Shown here: one piece after another, positions 1 to 8,800 of the stretch
Layout of the letters: every line of letters starts with the position of its first letter
How positions within the stretch are numbered: the first letter of the stretch is position 1
IMG/VR virus record: IMGVR_UViG_3300031760_000010
Coordinates: 58,560 to 122,559 of that record
Reading direction: 5' to 3' (one strand)
Source: a virus
Taxonomy: Duplodnaviria > Caudoviricetes
Length of the DNA stretch: 64,000 nt
The notes under the pieces: model-generated
What the model was told of the DNA's origin: nothing
Database searches by the model: none
What the model saw: only the letters and a program-made list of their open reading frames with translations
Translations under genes and position numbers: made by a program

Positions 1-2
1 CC

Positions 3-623
3 GAGCATCTGGAAGATATTAAGAAACTGAAGTTCTGTATTGGACTGGATCGTACCAATGCAAAAGACTTGGTATTCTATGATGATGACAATGAAGAGTT
101 TCAGGATTTCTGCGAGAAGGTAACTGGATATAAAACTGCTTGGGGATCATTCAGTGATATCAGTCATATCTGCCCGGATGCAGGAGTATCTGGTGTGAAT
201 ATCTCATGTGGATATTACAGAGCACATACAGTTCAGGAATATGTCATCATGGAGGAGATGATTGAAAGCATCAGTAAGGTAAAGGAGTTAATGCAGGAGG
301 CAAACAAAGAGGAAACTGAACAGTTCGAATTTGTCCAGACGCCGTACAAGGGATACCTTTGGGAACGCTATGATGCGTATGATGATTATTACAATCATAA
401 CTACAGTTATTATGGCAGATATTACGGGAACTATAACAAATCCAAAGCACCTGTGAAAATGAATCCGGGATATGAACTGTATATCCAGTTTGTAGAGGAG
501 GGAGTACACAAAGAAGATTGTATTGACGGAGTAAGTGAAAGCGACTGCTGGCTGACGTTTTTTCTGGATCATGCGTCTGTATGCTTTAATGATGTGTTAG
601 ATTGGGAGGGATACGACATCTAA
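3..623 (+). CDS. Zn-dependent peptidase (M28/M20-like), 5'-truncated by window edge
   Basis: Frame open from position 3; IGLDR, FSDIS and GVNISCGYYxAHT motifs typical of phage M28-like peptidases. Confidence 0.6.
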   Translation, partial: EHLEDIKKLKFCIGLDRTNAKDLVFYDDDNEEFQDFCEKVTGYKTAWGSFSDISHICPDAGVSGVNISCGYYRAHTVQEYVIMEEMIESISKVKELMQEANKEETEQFEFVQTPYKGYLWERYDAYDDYYNHNYSYYGRYYGNYNKSKAPVKMNPGYELYIQFVEEGVHKEDCIDGVSESDCWLTFFLDHASVCFNDVLDWEGYDI

Positions 624-731
624 TATAGATACATAATACAACCGAAATTAAAAATAGAAGTTTACAACAGAAAGCAAAAATAGGATTTGGAGAATTGTTT
701 TAGAATTCATATATAAGAAAGGAGTAACATT

Positions 732-1304
732 ATGGCAACAATGGAAACGACGACAGAGCATATCCGAGACAACATCTATAAAACTCTTATGTCTCCTATC
801 TGGCAGATGGATAAAGTAGATAAATGCCCGCATAGAAAATGGAATGATTTGGTTATCTGCTATAGATATAAGATTGATGATGAACATTGTGCATTAATTA
901 CAAAGGAGATTGCGGACCAGCTTGAGATGACAGAAGAAGATCTGTATCAGGGAAGCAAAACAGACCATGTCATGATACAGGGAATGTTTGATGTACTTAC
1001 TGCTTATGGTTGTGAATACACTGGAGGTGCAAGTGAAAACTTTTTAGTGGTTAACCCTAATACTTTGCATGGTGCATCTAGTATTTTGAATGAAAAAGAA
1101 TTTAAGGAAAAAGTCAAGGCAGATTGTTATCTGATTCCTTCTTCTATTCATGAATGGCTGTTATTAAATCCGGCTGTTATTGATACGGATTCTGTCAAAG
1201 AAATGGTTAAAAGTGTTAATAATTCTGAAGTCGATCCAAAAGACAGACTGAGTTATAACGTATATTGGTACGATGCTGTTAACGGTATGATTACGATTCT
1301 GTAA
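732..1304 (+). CDS. DUF5688-like protein
   Basis: C-terminal GAS..YLIPSSIHEWLL..MVKSVN..V.P.DRLS.NVY.YD pattern; AAGGAG RBS. Confidence 0.7.
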   Translation: MATMETTTEHIRDNIYKTLMSPIWQMDKVDKCPHRKWNDLVICYRYKIDDEHCALITKEIADQLEMTEEDLYQGSKTDHVMIQGMFDVLTAYGCEYTGGASENFLVVNPNTLHGASSILNEKEFKEKVKADCYLIPSSIHEWLLLNPAVIDTDSVKEMVKSVNNSEVDPKDRLSYNVYWYDAVNGMITIL

Positions 1305-1365
1305 GTAATAAAGCAAATAAATAATATCACACACATACATATTTAATTATCAAGGAGGTCATATA

Positions 1366-2319
1366 ATGAAGTTTAGTTTTGGTAAGAATGAGAAGGCTCT
1401 GAAGATTGTTGCTCCCGTTGCTGAGAAGTCCGCAGAAGAGAAAGTCCTGGATCGTCTGTTTGATCTTACGGAAAGTAATAAGCAGGTGATTGGTGGTAAG
1501 GTATACGCCAATATCCCGGTGGAACTGCTAAAGCTGGATGAGCTTTATCAGAGAACCAATACTTACAATCTGGATACGGTAAGACGCCTGACGCTGCAGT
1601 TTGATCTGAAGCAGATGGATACGCTGATGGTATCTGTCCACGAAGAAGAGAAGCGGTATTACATCATGAATGGTATGCACCGTTTCTTGGCGGCAACTGC
1701 GAAGGGAATTGATGCACTGCCTTGTGAGATTCAGTTCATTGATGGTGATGCAGAGACTCGGAGAAAGGCAGAAGCAAAGTATTTCATCTCTCAGCAGATT
1801 CTGGTGGACAAGATGAGTCCGCTTGATCAGCACAAAGCACATGTTGTTCTGGGAGATCAGGAGTATGTTGATCTGGATGACATTGTGAATAACACAGACG
1901 GTATTCAGTTCAAGAAGAATCGCCACAAGGGAAGACAGCCGAAGGGAACTCTGACCGGGTATGCTCAGGCAGTTGCCATTACGAGTAAATACGGAAAGGA
2001 GCATATGCAGAATGTATTTGACATTTTGATTGGTGCTCATTGGAATGAAGTCGGTACTGGTCTAAGCTATTATGCACTGCGCATGGTTTCTGATGTACTT
2101 GCGGCTCATAATACTGCGGAAGTGAAAGCAGAGATCACCAGAGTACTTCGCAAGTGGGATCCGAAGCTGTTCCAGGCAGTTGCTTGGAGTCATTACACTA
2201 CGAGAACCCAGGGCAACGCAAATGCACTGTTCCTTGAAGACTACGTTTGCACGAATCTGAATATTCCTCGTCTGATCGATAAGGAAGTAACGGAAAGATT
2301 CAATCCGAACGTTGCATAA
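1366..2319 (+). CDS. ParB/Srx-like domain protein (DUF6551-like)
   Basis: YQR and YYIMNGMHR (DGxHR-like) motifs; AAGGAGG RBS. Confidence 0.55.
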   Translation: MKFSFGKNEKALKIVAPVAEKSAEEKVLDRLFDLTESNKQVIGGKVYANIPVELLKLDELYQRTNTYNLDTVRRLTLQFDLKQMDTLMVSVHEEEKRYYIMNGMHRFLAATAKGIDALPCEIQFIDGDAETRRKAEAKYFISQQILVDKMSPLDQHKAHVVLGDQEYVDLDDIVNNTDGIQFKKNRHKGRQPKGTLTGYAQAVAITSKYGKEHMQNVFDILIGAHWNEVGTGLSYYALRMVSDVLAAHNTAEVKAEITRVLRKWDPKLFQAVAWSHYTTRTQGNANALFLEDYVCTNLNIPRLIDKEVTERFNPNVA

Positions 2320-2338
2320 TAGGTAAATTAAATAAAAC

Positions 2339-2371
2339 GGGGAGTCTGTATCACACGGGTACAGGCTCCCC
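2339..2371 (+). terminator. GC-rich hairpin after the ParB-like gene (terminator or stabilising stem)
   Basis: ggggagtctgta ... tacaggctcccc; no U-tract. Confidence 0.4.
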
Positions 2372-2459
2372 GCCAATGAGTGGTGTAGTTAAATATTCAT
2401 GACAATGAATGTTTAGTTATGTTACTCATTCACCAAGCATATTAATGGAGGGAAACAAA

Positions 2460-2702
2460 ATGGAATCGAACAACAAGGAAACGGTAGAAATGATGATCAC
2501 TTATTTTTTGAATGAAATTGAATTTCAGAAAGAGCTGATTCGTCATGCGAAACACGATATTGATGACGCAACGGAAGATGGTGATAATTCGAAACTTAGA
2601 ATTCATACCAAGATGCTGCGGAGAAGAGAAGCGAAGATGAATGATCTTCACCGGATGTTGGACTTTGTACAGAGGCTGCATTACGAAATGGAGGTACAGT
2701 AA
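2460..2702 (+). CDS. hypothetical protein
   Basis: GGAGGG RBS before ATG 2460; helical ORF abutting radC. Confidence 0.55.
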   Translation: MESNNKETVEMMITYFLNEIEFQKELIRHAKHDIDDATEDGDNSKLRIHTKMLRRREAKMNDLHRMLDFVQRLHYEMEVQ

Positions 2703-3169
2703 TGAGAGCAATTCAGTATGATACCAGATTGAGCCGGGATCGGTTGCCGATGCTTGTAAAAGAAAGCAGCTTCAATTACAGCGGTAATGTTTACTTGACT
2801 TCTCCTGTTGCGATCTATCAGTTTCTGCGTCAGGCAGATGATGTTGAGACGTTGGACAAAGAAAAAGTGTATTTGTTTTGCTTTAATAACAAAAGCAAAC
2901 TGATTGGTTGGTTCATTGTATCTGAAGGAACGATCAATCTTTCGTTAATGTCCTCAAGGGAAGTGTTTATCAAAGCGCTTGCCGTCGGAGCGGTAAATAT
3001 TATTCTGGTTCACAATCATCCGAGCGGTGATCCCTCACCCAGTACAAACGATGACAAAGTAACAGAAAATGTTAAGCAAGGTGGTAGTATTCTGGGAGTA
3101 CCGTTATTGGATCATGTTATTATCGGTGACAGAACTTATTATTCCTATATGGAGAATGGGAGGTTGTAA
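2702..3169 (+). CDS. radC: RadC-like JAB domain protein
   Basis: HNHPSGDPSPSxxD and LLDHVIIG motifs. Confidence 0.9.
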   Translation: MRAIQYDTRLSRDRLPMLVKESSFNYSGNVYLTSPVAIYQFLRQADDVETLDKEKVYLFCFNNKSKLIGWFIVSEGTINLSLMSSREVFIKALAVGAVNIILVHNHPSGDPSPSTNDDKVTENVKQGGSILGVPLLDHVIIGDRTYYSYMENGRL

Positions 3170-3170
3170 T

Positions 3171-3467
3171 ATGAATAACAATACGGAAATTATTTCCGGG
3201 TTTACATTCTGTATTCGGGGCAGAGATTACTTTGTTCCGTCTCAGTTAGTGAAACGGACAAAAACGTTCTCAAAGAAGATTCTGACCAAGTTAAGTTACC
3301 CGCTGACAGAAGCGAATGTGAATTGGATGTTCGATCACATTCAGAAATGTGATAAGGAACAGACTTCATATGGGCTGAGGATTTGCGGTGACCGCTACGG
3401 AAATAAATTCACGCTCTGCATTCCGTATGGAGAAAGAGAAGATTATATAGAAATGGAGGTAAGCTGA
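3171..3467 (+). CDS. hypothetical protein
   Basis: GGGAGG RBS before ATG 3171. Confidence 0.5.
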   Translation: MNNNTEIISGFTFCIRGRDYFVPSQLVKRTKTFSKKILTKLSYPLTEANVNWMFDHIQKCDKEQTSYGLRICGDRYGNKFTLCIPYGEREDYIEMEVS

Positions 3468-4053
3468 TGCGGTATCCAAAGGAAGTGTTCCATGTCCGTG
3501 AGGATGTAACCAGGGAAAATATGAGAGCTTACGAAGCAAAACGAGATCGGTTCTACAAAAAGTGTGAGGAACTGTTCCCGGATTTCTGGTCACTGCCGTT
3601 TAGAGAAAGAATGGAAATTAAAAAACTGGTAGAGGAGGAAATGTAATGAATCAGATTGTTGTGGAAGAAGATATGTTCGCAAGGGAATTCACGAAAGAAG
3701 AAAGATGGGATCGTGCGGCTAAGTTGGGTCGTCACAATCTTGAGCAGTGGAGAAAATTACATGAACGGTACAATACGTTAGGTAAAGAAAGGGAGAATGC
3801 GTAAAGCAAAATAACAGTCAGTGATAATAATTAATAGTATATATAATATACATAATGAAATAGAAAAAATTCTACATATGTATTTATATAATATTATTGG
3901 GTTTTTGGAGTCAAAAATTAACTTTGTAAAGTAAAAGAGGTGTTTGACTTAATAAAATTAAGTGATAATAAGCGACATTAGGTAAAATTACCCAGTATTA
4001 AGTTCGCCTTGAAACATGTTGGAAACGATGTTGACATTGAAACAGAAAGGGAT

Positions 4054-4341
4054 ATGAATATGTATTATGTAATTATGTCACACAATTTTGATGCAGAGAC
4101 TTGCATCTGGGAATTCGATGAATATCAGGTAGCGGTTGCATTCCTGCATTGGGAATGGGAAAGATATTACAATGAAGAGATCGCTTGCGAAAGCAGACTG
4201 AATGAAAATGAATGCTTCCATGACTGGGATTATGCCAAGGTAGAATGGTCTGATGGTGATTATACGGAATTCACTTTGGTTGAAGGTTTGGATGACGTTC
4301 CATCTGAATTTGAAGAAGAATGGGAACGGTATGCACCGTAA
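4054..4341 (+). CDS. acidic hypothetical protein
   Basis: AAAGGG RBS; very D/E-rich ORF. Confidence 0.5.
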   Translation: MNMYYVIMSHNFDAETCIWEFDEYQVAVAFLHWEWERYYNEEIACESRLNENECFHDWDYAKVEWSDGDYTEFTLVEGLDDVPSEFEEEWERYAP

Positions 4342-4526
4342 AGCAAAGGAGGTATACACATGCGGTATTATTACAGATTCATTATTGTAGACGGTTCCGG
4401 GGCTGAGGTAAGCAGAGATTACGTCACAAGAAAAGACGCTGAGTTCGATCTGCCTGAGTACAAGAAACTGTGTGGTGGTTGTCGCATTAAGAGAAGACGG
4501 TATTACTATCAGTAAAGGAGAATAAC

Positions 4527-4919
4527 ATGAAATATTACATCGTACCGAAGAATGAAATTGCAATGGAAATCAATGCCAATATCATGAAGTGTGAATCCGC
4601 AGCGGACGCCATGTCCTTTTTCGCCATCAATATGGATTCTGATATGAATACATATTTTGAAGCTGTAAGCGAAAATGATTGGGCAATGTATCAGCTTAAG
4701 CGAACTCAGACAGAAGAGAAACGAATATTTCTTGAGTTCGCAGAAGATGTTTTAGAGGAAGACTTCGATGATATTGAAGAAGACGATATTCCTGCTTTGG
4801 CAGAATATGCTTGGGAGCTGTACTGCGGAGAACGCAAAGGAGGTGAGGGACTGACAGAGTATGAGTGCATTGAGAAGGCGGTTGATGATAATTATGAAAC
4901 GATTGAGGAGGAAGAATGA
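4527..4919 (+). CDS. acidic hypothetical protein
   Basis: AAGGAG RBS; D/E-rich. Confidence 0.6.
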   Translation: MKYYIVPKNEIAMEINANIMKCESAADAMSFFAINMDSDMNTYFEAVSENDWAMYQLKRTQTEEKRIFLEFAEDVLEEDFDDIEEDDIPALAEYAWELYCGERKGGEGLTEYECIEKAVDDNYETIEEEE

Positions 4920-5248
4920 TGTCGTGGACTAGCATGAAAAATTCCAGATCTTATCTGAAGGCAGATACGAAGAGAAGAGATTATAATGATCCATATGCAG
5001 AAATAGCTGCAGCTGCTGTTCGTCAGGCTGTGAATGATTGGGTGGAGTTACATAAGAAGAGAGGCAAACCTGAATGGTTACGTGACCCGCCTGGTACGAA
5101 AAAAGAGAATCGGCGCACGAAGGCAGATGAAATTCGTAACATTGAAGAGTTTTTCTTGAGTGAAGACTTTCAGATGTACACGGATATTGATGGGAAAAAG
5201 CTGTTGGAATATCTGAAAGATCTGTATCTGTTGCGGAGAGTTGTATAG
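4916..5248 (+). CDS. hypothetical protein directly upstream of the RT
   Basis: ATGA overlap with previous gene; AAVRQAVNDW...IEEFFLS...DIDG pattern common in Firmicutes phages. Confidence 0.6.
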   Translation: MMSWTSMKNSRSYLKADTKRRDYNDPYAEIAAAAVRQAVNDWVELHKKRGKPEWLRDPPGTKKENRRTKADEIRNIEEFFLSEDFQMYTDIDGKKLLEYLKDLYLLRRVV

Positions 5249-5271
5249 GTTAAATTAAACGGAGGCAAACA

Positions 5272-6525
5272 ATGGATGTATTACTGCAGAAAATGTTTTT
5301 GGAACCAGAGAGATGGACCGAAGCGATTGAAATTGGTGTTGGTAAAAACATCAGCAAAACAGAAATGAGACAGTTATGTGATCCTGAAGTACGGAAAGCA
5401 TTGTTGTACAAGATTGCAACAGATCAGTACAGAATTGCTCCACCGCATACAGCACAGATTCCAAAGGATACACCGGGTGAATTCAGAACGGTTTATATCA
5501 ATGAAAACATTGATCGAATCTTTCTGAGTCTGGTGAACAATCTTCTGTTTGAGATGTTCCCGGAGATGATTCATCCTGCTTGTACGTCTTATCAGAAGGG
5601 CATCGGTTGCGGCAAGGTAGTGCAGAGTATCTCTAAAGAGATACAGAAAGGGAACGGAACAGTCGGATTCAAATCAGATCTGAGTAAATACTTTGATTCA
5701 GTCCCGCTGAAATGGATTGATTATGTCTTCGATCAGATCGAAACGAAAGTCGGGAAGAGCATAATCATTGATATTATCCGTGATTATTATCATACGGACT
5801 GGTGCTTTGACATTGAAGGGAATTTGATTCAGCATTATCAGTCATTGAAACAGGGCTGTGCTGTAGCGAGTTTTCTTGCGGATGCCATGTTATATGACAT
5901 GGATGAGCGGTTAAGTAAACTAAAAGGGAAGTATGTACGATACAGTGATGACTGTTTATATGTTGGATCTGATTATGAAGATGCAATGCGGATAATGAAA
6001 GCAATGTTAGCAGAGAAAGGACTGACATTGAATCCGAAGAAAGTAGAGTACATTGATGGAAATCGTTATGTCAAATTCCTTGGTTTCAGCATTTGCGGAG
6101 GAAATATCAGTCTCAGTAAGAGCCGAGTAAAGACATTCCAGAAAGAAATTGAAAAGCGAACCATCAAAAGCAAACGGTCGTATAAAGCAGCTGTAAATGC
6201 AGTCAATCAGTATCTGTATGGTGGAGAATACAGTTGGGCAACATCTGTATTACCAATCATCAATGTAGAGGAAGACATACAGGAACTGAACAAGTTCGTT
6301 ATGGACGCATTGAGAGCTGTGCAGACAGGGAAAAAGAAGATAGGAGGTCTTGGCTATGTTCCTGATGGTAAAGTAGGCGTGATCAGTCGTGGAACTGGCC
6401 GCAACGTAAAAGCGAATCGTATGAAAACAGCTAAAGAAATTAGTGGGTATCATACGATTAATGAAATGCGGCTGGCTTTAATGACTTCAAGGGAAGTGTT
6501 TGATACTCTGGTAAGAATGATGTAA
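5272..6525 (+). CDS. Reverse transcriptase (stand-alone, unknown-group-like; not group II intron, DGR or classical retron)
   Basis: IPKxxxGEFRTV, FKSDLSKYFDSV, LKQGCAVASFLAD, YVRYSDD and KFLGF motifs; 417 aa; GGAGG RBS. Confidence 0.93.
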   Translation: MDVLLQKMFLEPERWTEAIEIGVGKNISKTEMRQLCDPEVRKALLYKIATDQYRIAPPHTAQIPKDTPGEFRTVYINENIDRIFLSLVNNLLFEMFPEMIHPACTSYQKGIGCGKVVQSISKEIQKGNGTVGFKSDLSKYFDSVPLKWIDYVFDQIETKVGKSIIIDIIRDYYHTDWCFDIEGNLIQHYQSLKQGCAVASFLADAMLYDMDERLSKLKGKYVRYSDDCLYVGSDYEDAMRIMKAMLAEKGLTLNPKKVEYIDGNRYVKFLGFSICGGNISLSKSRVKTFQKEIEKRTIKSKRSYKAAVNAVNQYLYGGEYSWATSVLPIINVEEDIQELNKFVMDALRAVQTGKKKIGGLGYVPDGKVGVISRGTGRNVKANRMKTAKEISGYHTINEMRLALMTSREVFDTLVRMM

Positions 6526-6538
6526 ACAACAAATCATT

Positions 6539-6770
6539 ATGGCAAGAATGTATGCTAGGCAAATGAAATTTAAGTCATACAGCTCCCAGCCACTTAACCT
6601 GGATCCTGCCAGGCTCGAGCTTGGCAAGTTGTCTGACGACAATGCCGGAAGCTCGAACCAGGCAGGATCCAGGTGACCATCCTGAAGTATCCTTCAGGAT
6701 TAGTCGCTGGTAGCTGTATCTCCTATGAAACAAATAAAGGAAGCCATCATGTTTGTAAGGCATACATAAA
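6539..6770 (+). ncRNA. RT-associated structured RNA unit 1 (branched hairpin cargo)
   Basis: acctggatcctgcc/ggcaggatccaggt (6597-6610/6661-6674), atcctgaag/cttcaggat, atacagct..agctgtat; scaffold helices atggc/gccat and atgtatgc/gcatacat. Confidence 0.75.
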
Positions 6771-6775
6771 TAATA

Positions 6776-6945
6776 GTGCAATGGAAATCAATAAGGATCT
6801 TATATTTAGTCCATGCTGGAGGCGGCCACCGGTCGTCGCCCGCAATGGACTCTATCGTTATGCGGGCGACGACCGGTGGCCGCCTCCAGCATAATGACAT
6901 GAGACAAATAGAGAGAAGCACCGCAAGATATGAGTTGGTTTCAAT
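6776..6945 (+). ncRNA. RT-associated structured RNA unit 2
   Basis: Perfect 32-bp inverted repeat 6813-6844/6861-6892; scaffold helices gtgc/gcac and gaaatcaa/ttggtttc. Confidence 0.75.
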
Positions 6946-6948
6946 CCT

Positions 6949-7120
6949 AATGGCAAGGGAAGTATGAGGAGAGGTAAACATTTATGATTACGGATCCCGG
7001 CAGCACCTGCTGCAGGCACACGTTTCATTGACATTCACGGATCCTGCAGCAGGTGCTGCCGGGATCCGTAATTGATGATACTCAGTACAGAGATGCCATT
7101 TTTACCCCGGATCATACATT
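6949..7120 (+). ncRNA. RT-associated structured RNA unit 3
   Basis: Perfect 30-bp inverted repeat 6987-7016/7043-7072; scaffold helices aatggca/tgccatt and gtatga/tcatac. Confidence 0.75.
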
Positions 7121-7143
7121 TAATAGAGTAAGGAGACAGCGAA

Positions 7144-7587
7144 ATGATTTTGTTTGATAAATTGGTCAACGAGATAGGTAAAGGTTCGTCAGTACTCATA
7201 CGACTGAAGGAAAAGGACCTAATCGTGAATGGTCAGTATTGGATTCAGAACGGTAAAGTAAACGAACCGTGTGATACACTGATGAAACACTATGCGAATA
7301 TTATGGAACTGATTGAAGATATGTATATCAGTTACAAGTATTCGTATCCCGATGAAATGGGAACCAAACGAAAGCGAAGTTATTTTAAAGCGCTTACCGC
7401 TGATGAAATGACAGATGCAGAACTGGTGACTGGTGCTAAAAGGAGGACAGCAAGAGTTCTGTTAGAAGCAACTGTATTACTTAGTACATTGAACGGAGAT
7501 CTCAAATGGAGGGATGAATGGGGATCTTGGTTCTATCAGGGAAAGAAAGATAAGGATTTCATTCTGTTAAAGGAATGGGTCGTGTAA
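7144..7587 (+). CDS. hypothetical protein, candidate RT accessory 1
   Basis: AAGGAG RBS; directly follows the RNA units. Confidence 0.7.
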   Translation: MILFDKLVNEIGKGSSVLIRLKEKDLIVNGQYWIQNGKVNEPCDTLMKHYANIMELIEDMYISYKYSYPDEMGTKRKRSYFKALTADEMTDAELVTGAKRRTARVLLEATVLLSTLNGDLKWRDEWGSWFYQGKKDKDFILLKEWVV

Positions 7588-7639
7588 CGTAACTTAGTGG
7601 GTAAGTAAACTACAATATAAAATAATAGGAGAATAAATT

Positions 7640-8566
7640 ATGCAGAACAGAAATAATAGAATGAACACTCTGAACAACGCTGGTATCGATACTTCCAAAT
7701 ATTATAACGTGGCTATTGACAAGGCACTTCCGAAGGGAACTACGCTGACGATCACGATTGGTGAGAATGGTCTGCCTACGGTTACGACAACGGAACTGAA
7801 AGGAATGCTGGACCAGATCGACAATCAAGGATATGTAAAGAACAGCAATCTGTTCAGACGTTGGGTGATGGCTCAGACGTTCCGTATGATGAAACATGAG
7901 GGCGGCTATACCACAGCTCTGAACGAGAAGCCGTATAAGTATCAGTGGACGATGCTTGAGAATGAACTTCATGCTATGAGCAAGATCGAAAAGGAAGATA
8001 AAGAACTGTTCAAGGTACGGAAAGATTTCTTTACCAAGGAAGTGATCATTGCCATGCTTGAGGATTACAAGGCAAAGCTGAATGCCGAGTGTGAGCGCGA
8101 GTTTTGGGCGTGGGCACAGCGTAAGCGTACAGAAGGTATCGCAATTGCGAATATCACAATTGATGCAATCAAGCAGTGTACAAATTATAATGGTTACTAT
8201 CAGATTATCCGAGAGTTTAACAAGGAACTGAAGGGTGGACGAAGAGATGGTTATTATTGCCCGGATCTGACACTGAGCCGTACCACTGCCAAGTGTAAGG
8301 AATGGATCGATGCGTACAAGGGAGCGGGTGCGTATTACAGCCTGCAAAATTATCTGCGGTTCCATGCAAATACTCATGTATATCTGCCGACGAATGAGAG
8401 AGGCCGTGTTCTTTGGGCAACTCGTCTGGAGGCGGAGGGAGAACTGGAAGTCAAGAGAGAAGAATACAAGGGACAGTGGTATAAACTGTTCGGTTACTTC
8501 AAGAGAGTAATTGAACTGAATCAGTTCGATTTCGATAAAGCCATGCGTCAGAAGTATAATCGGTAA
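7640..8566 (+). CDS. hypothetical protein (FRRWVMAQ motif), candidate RT accessory 2
   Basis: AGGAG RBS; 308 aa; lies between RNA units 3 and 4. Confidence 0.75.
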   Translation: MQNRNNRMNTLNNAGIDTSKYYNVAIDKALPKGTTLTITIGENGLPTVTTTELKGMLDQIDNQGYVKNSNLFRRWVMAQTFRMMKHEGGYTTALNEKPYKYQWTMLENELHAMSKIEKEDKELFKVRKDFFTKEVIIAMLEDYKAKLNAECEREFWAWAQRKRTEGIAIANITIDAIKQCTNYNGYYQIIREFNKELKGGRRDGYYCPDLTLSRTTAKCKEWIDAYKGAGAYYSLQNYLRFHANTHVYLPTNERGRVLWATRLEAEGELEVKREEYKGQWYKLFGYFKRVIELNQFDFDKAMRQKYNR

Positions 8567-8579
8567 TAACGGAAAGGGA

Positions 8580-8722
8580 TTGCGACCCGATAATACAATA
8601 CTATAAGTTTAACATTATGATCCTGGAAGGCGGATAGCTGCGGATTATCTTCCGGCTTCCGCCTTCCAGGATCAGATTGATGAATCCATTACAGAAACGC
8701 AAAATGATAGTTGAGTATTGTC
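8580..8722 (+). ncRNA. RT-associated structured RNA unit 4
   Basis: 17-bp perfect stem 8618-8634/8658-8674; scaffold helices ttgcg/cgcaa and acaatact/agtattgt; atgaatccattacagaaacgc motif. Confidence 0.7.
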
Positions 8723-8729
8723 AAAGTCC

Positions 8730-8783
8730 TTGCCAAAGGACAATGAGCATGGTATAGTATGAACAGAAACGAACATATGTTCG
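8730..8783 (+). promoter_or_regulatory. sigma-A promoter with Gram-positive LexA/DinR SOS box
   Basis: ttgcca-N17-tatagt with extended TG; cgaacatatgttcg at 8770-8783. Confidence 0.75.
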
Positions 8784-8800
8784 AAATATTATAAAGGGGG

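Noticed and set aside
6575-6981. Short ORFs 6575-6781, 6673-6894, 6700-6981 and 6776-6967
   Set aside because: They are by-products of GC-rich inverted repeats (the same peptide appears on both strands) and have no RBS.
6813-7072. Hairpins as terminators or MITE/REP elements
   Set aside because: Stems are too long, with no U-tracts, no target duplications and no copies elsewhere in the window.
5272-7120. Group II intron, DGR or classical retron as explanation for the RT
   Set aside because: No domain V/VI or interrupted gene; no TR/VR pair differing at adenines and no Avd-like gene seen in the window; no upstream msr-msd space (23-nt gap) and no VTG motif.
6539-7120. CRISPR array
   Set aside because: No identical direct repeats and no cas genes; the similarity between units is structural.
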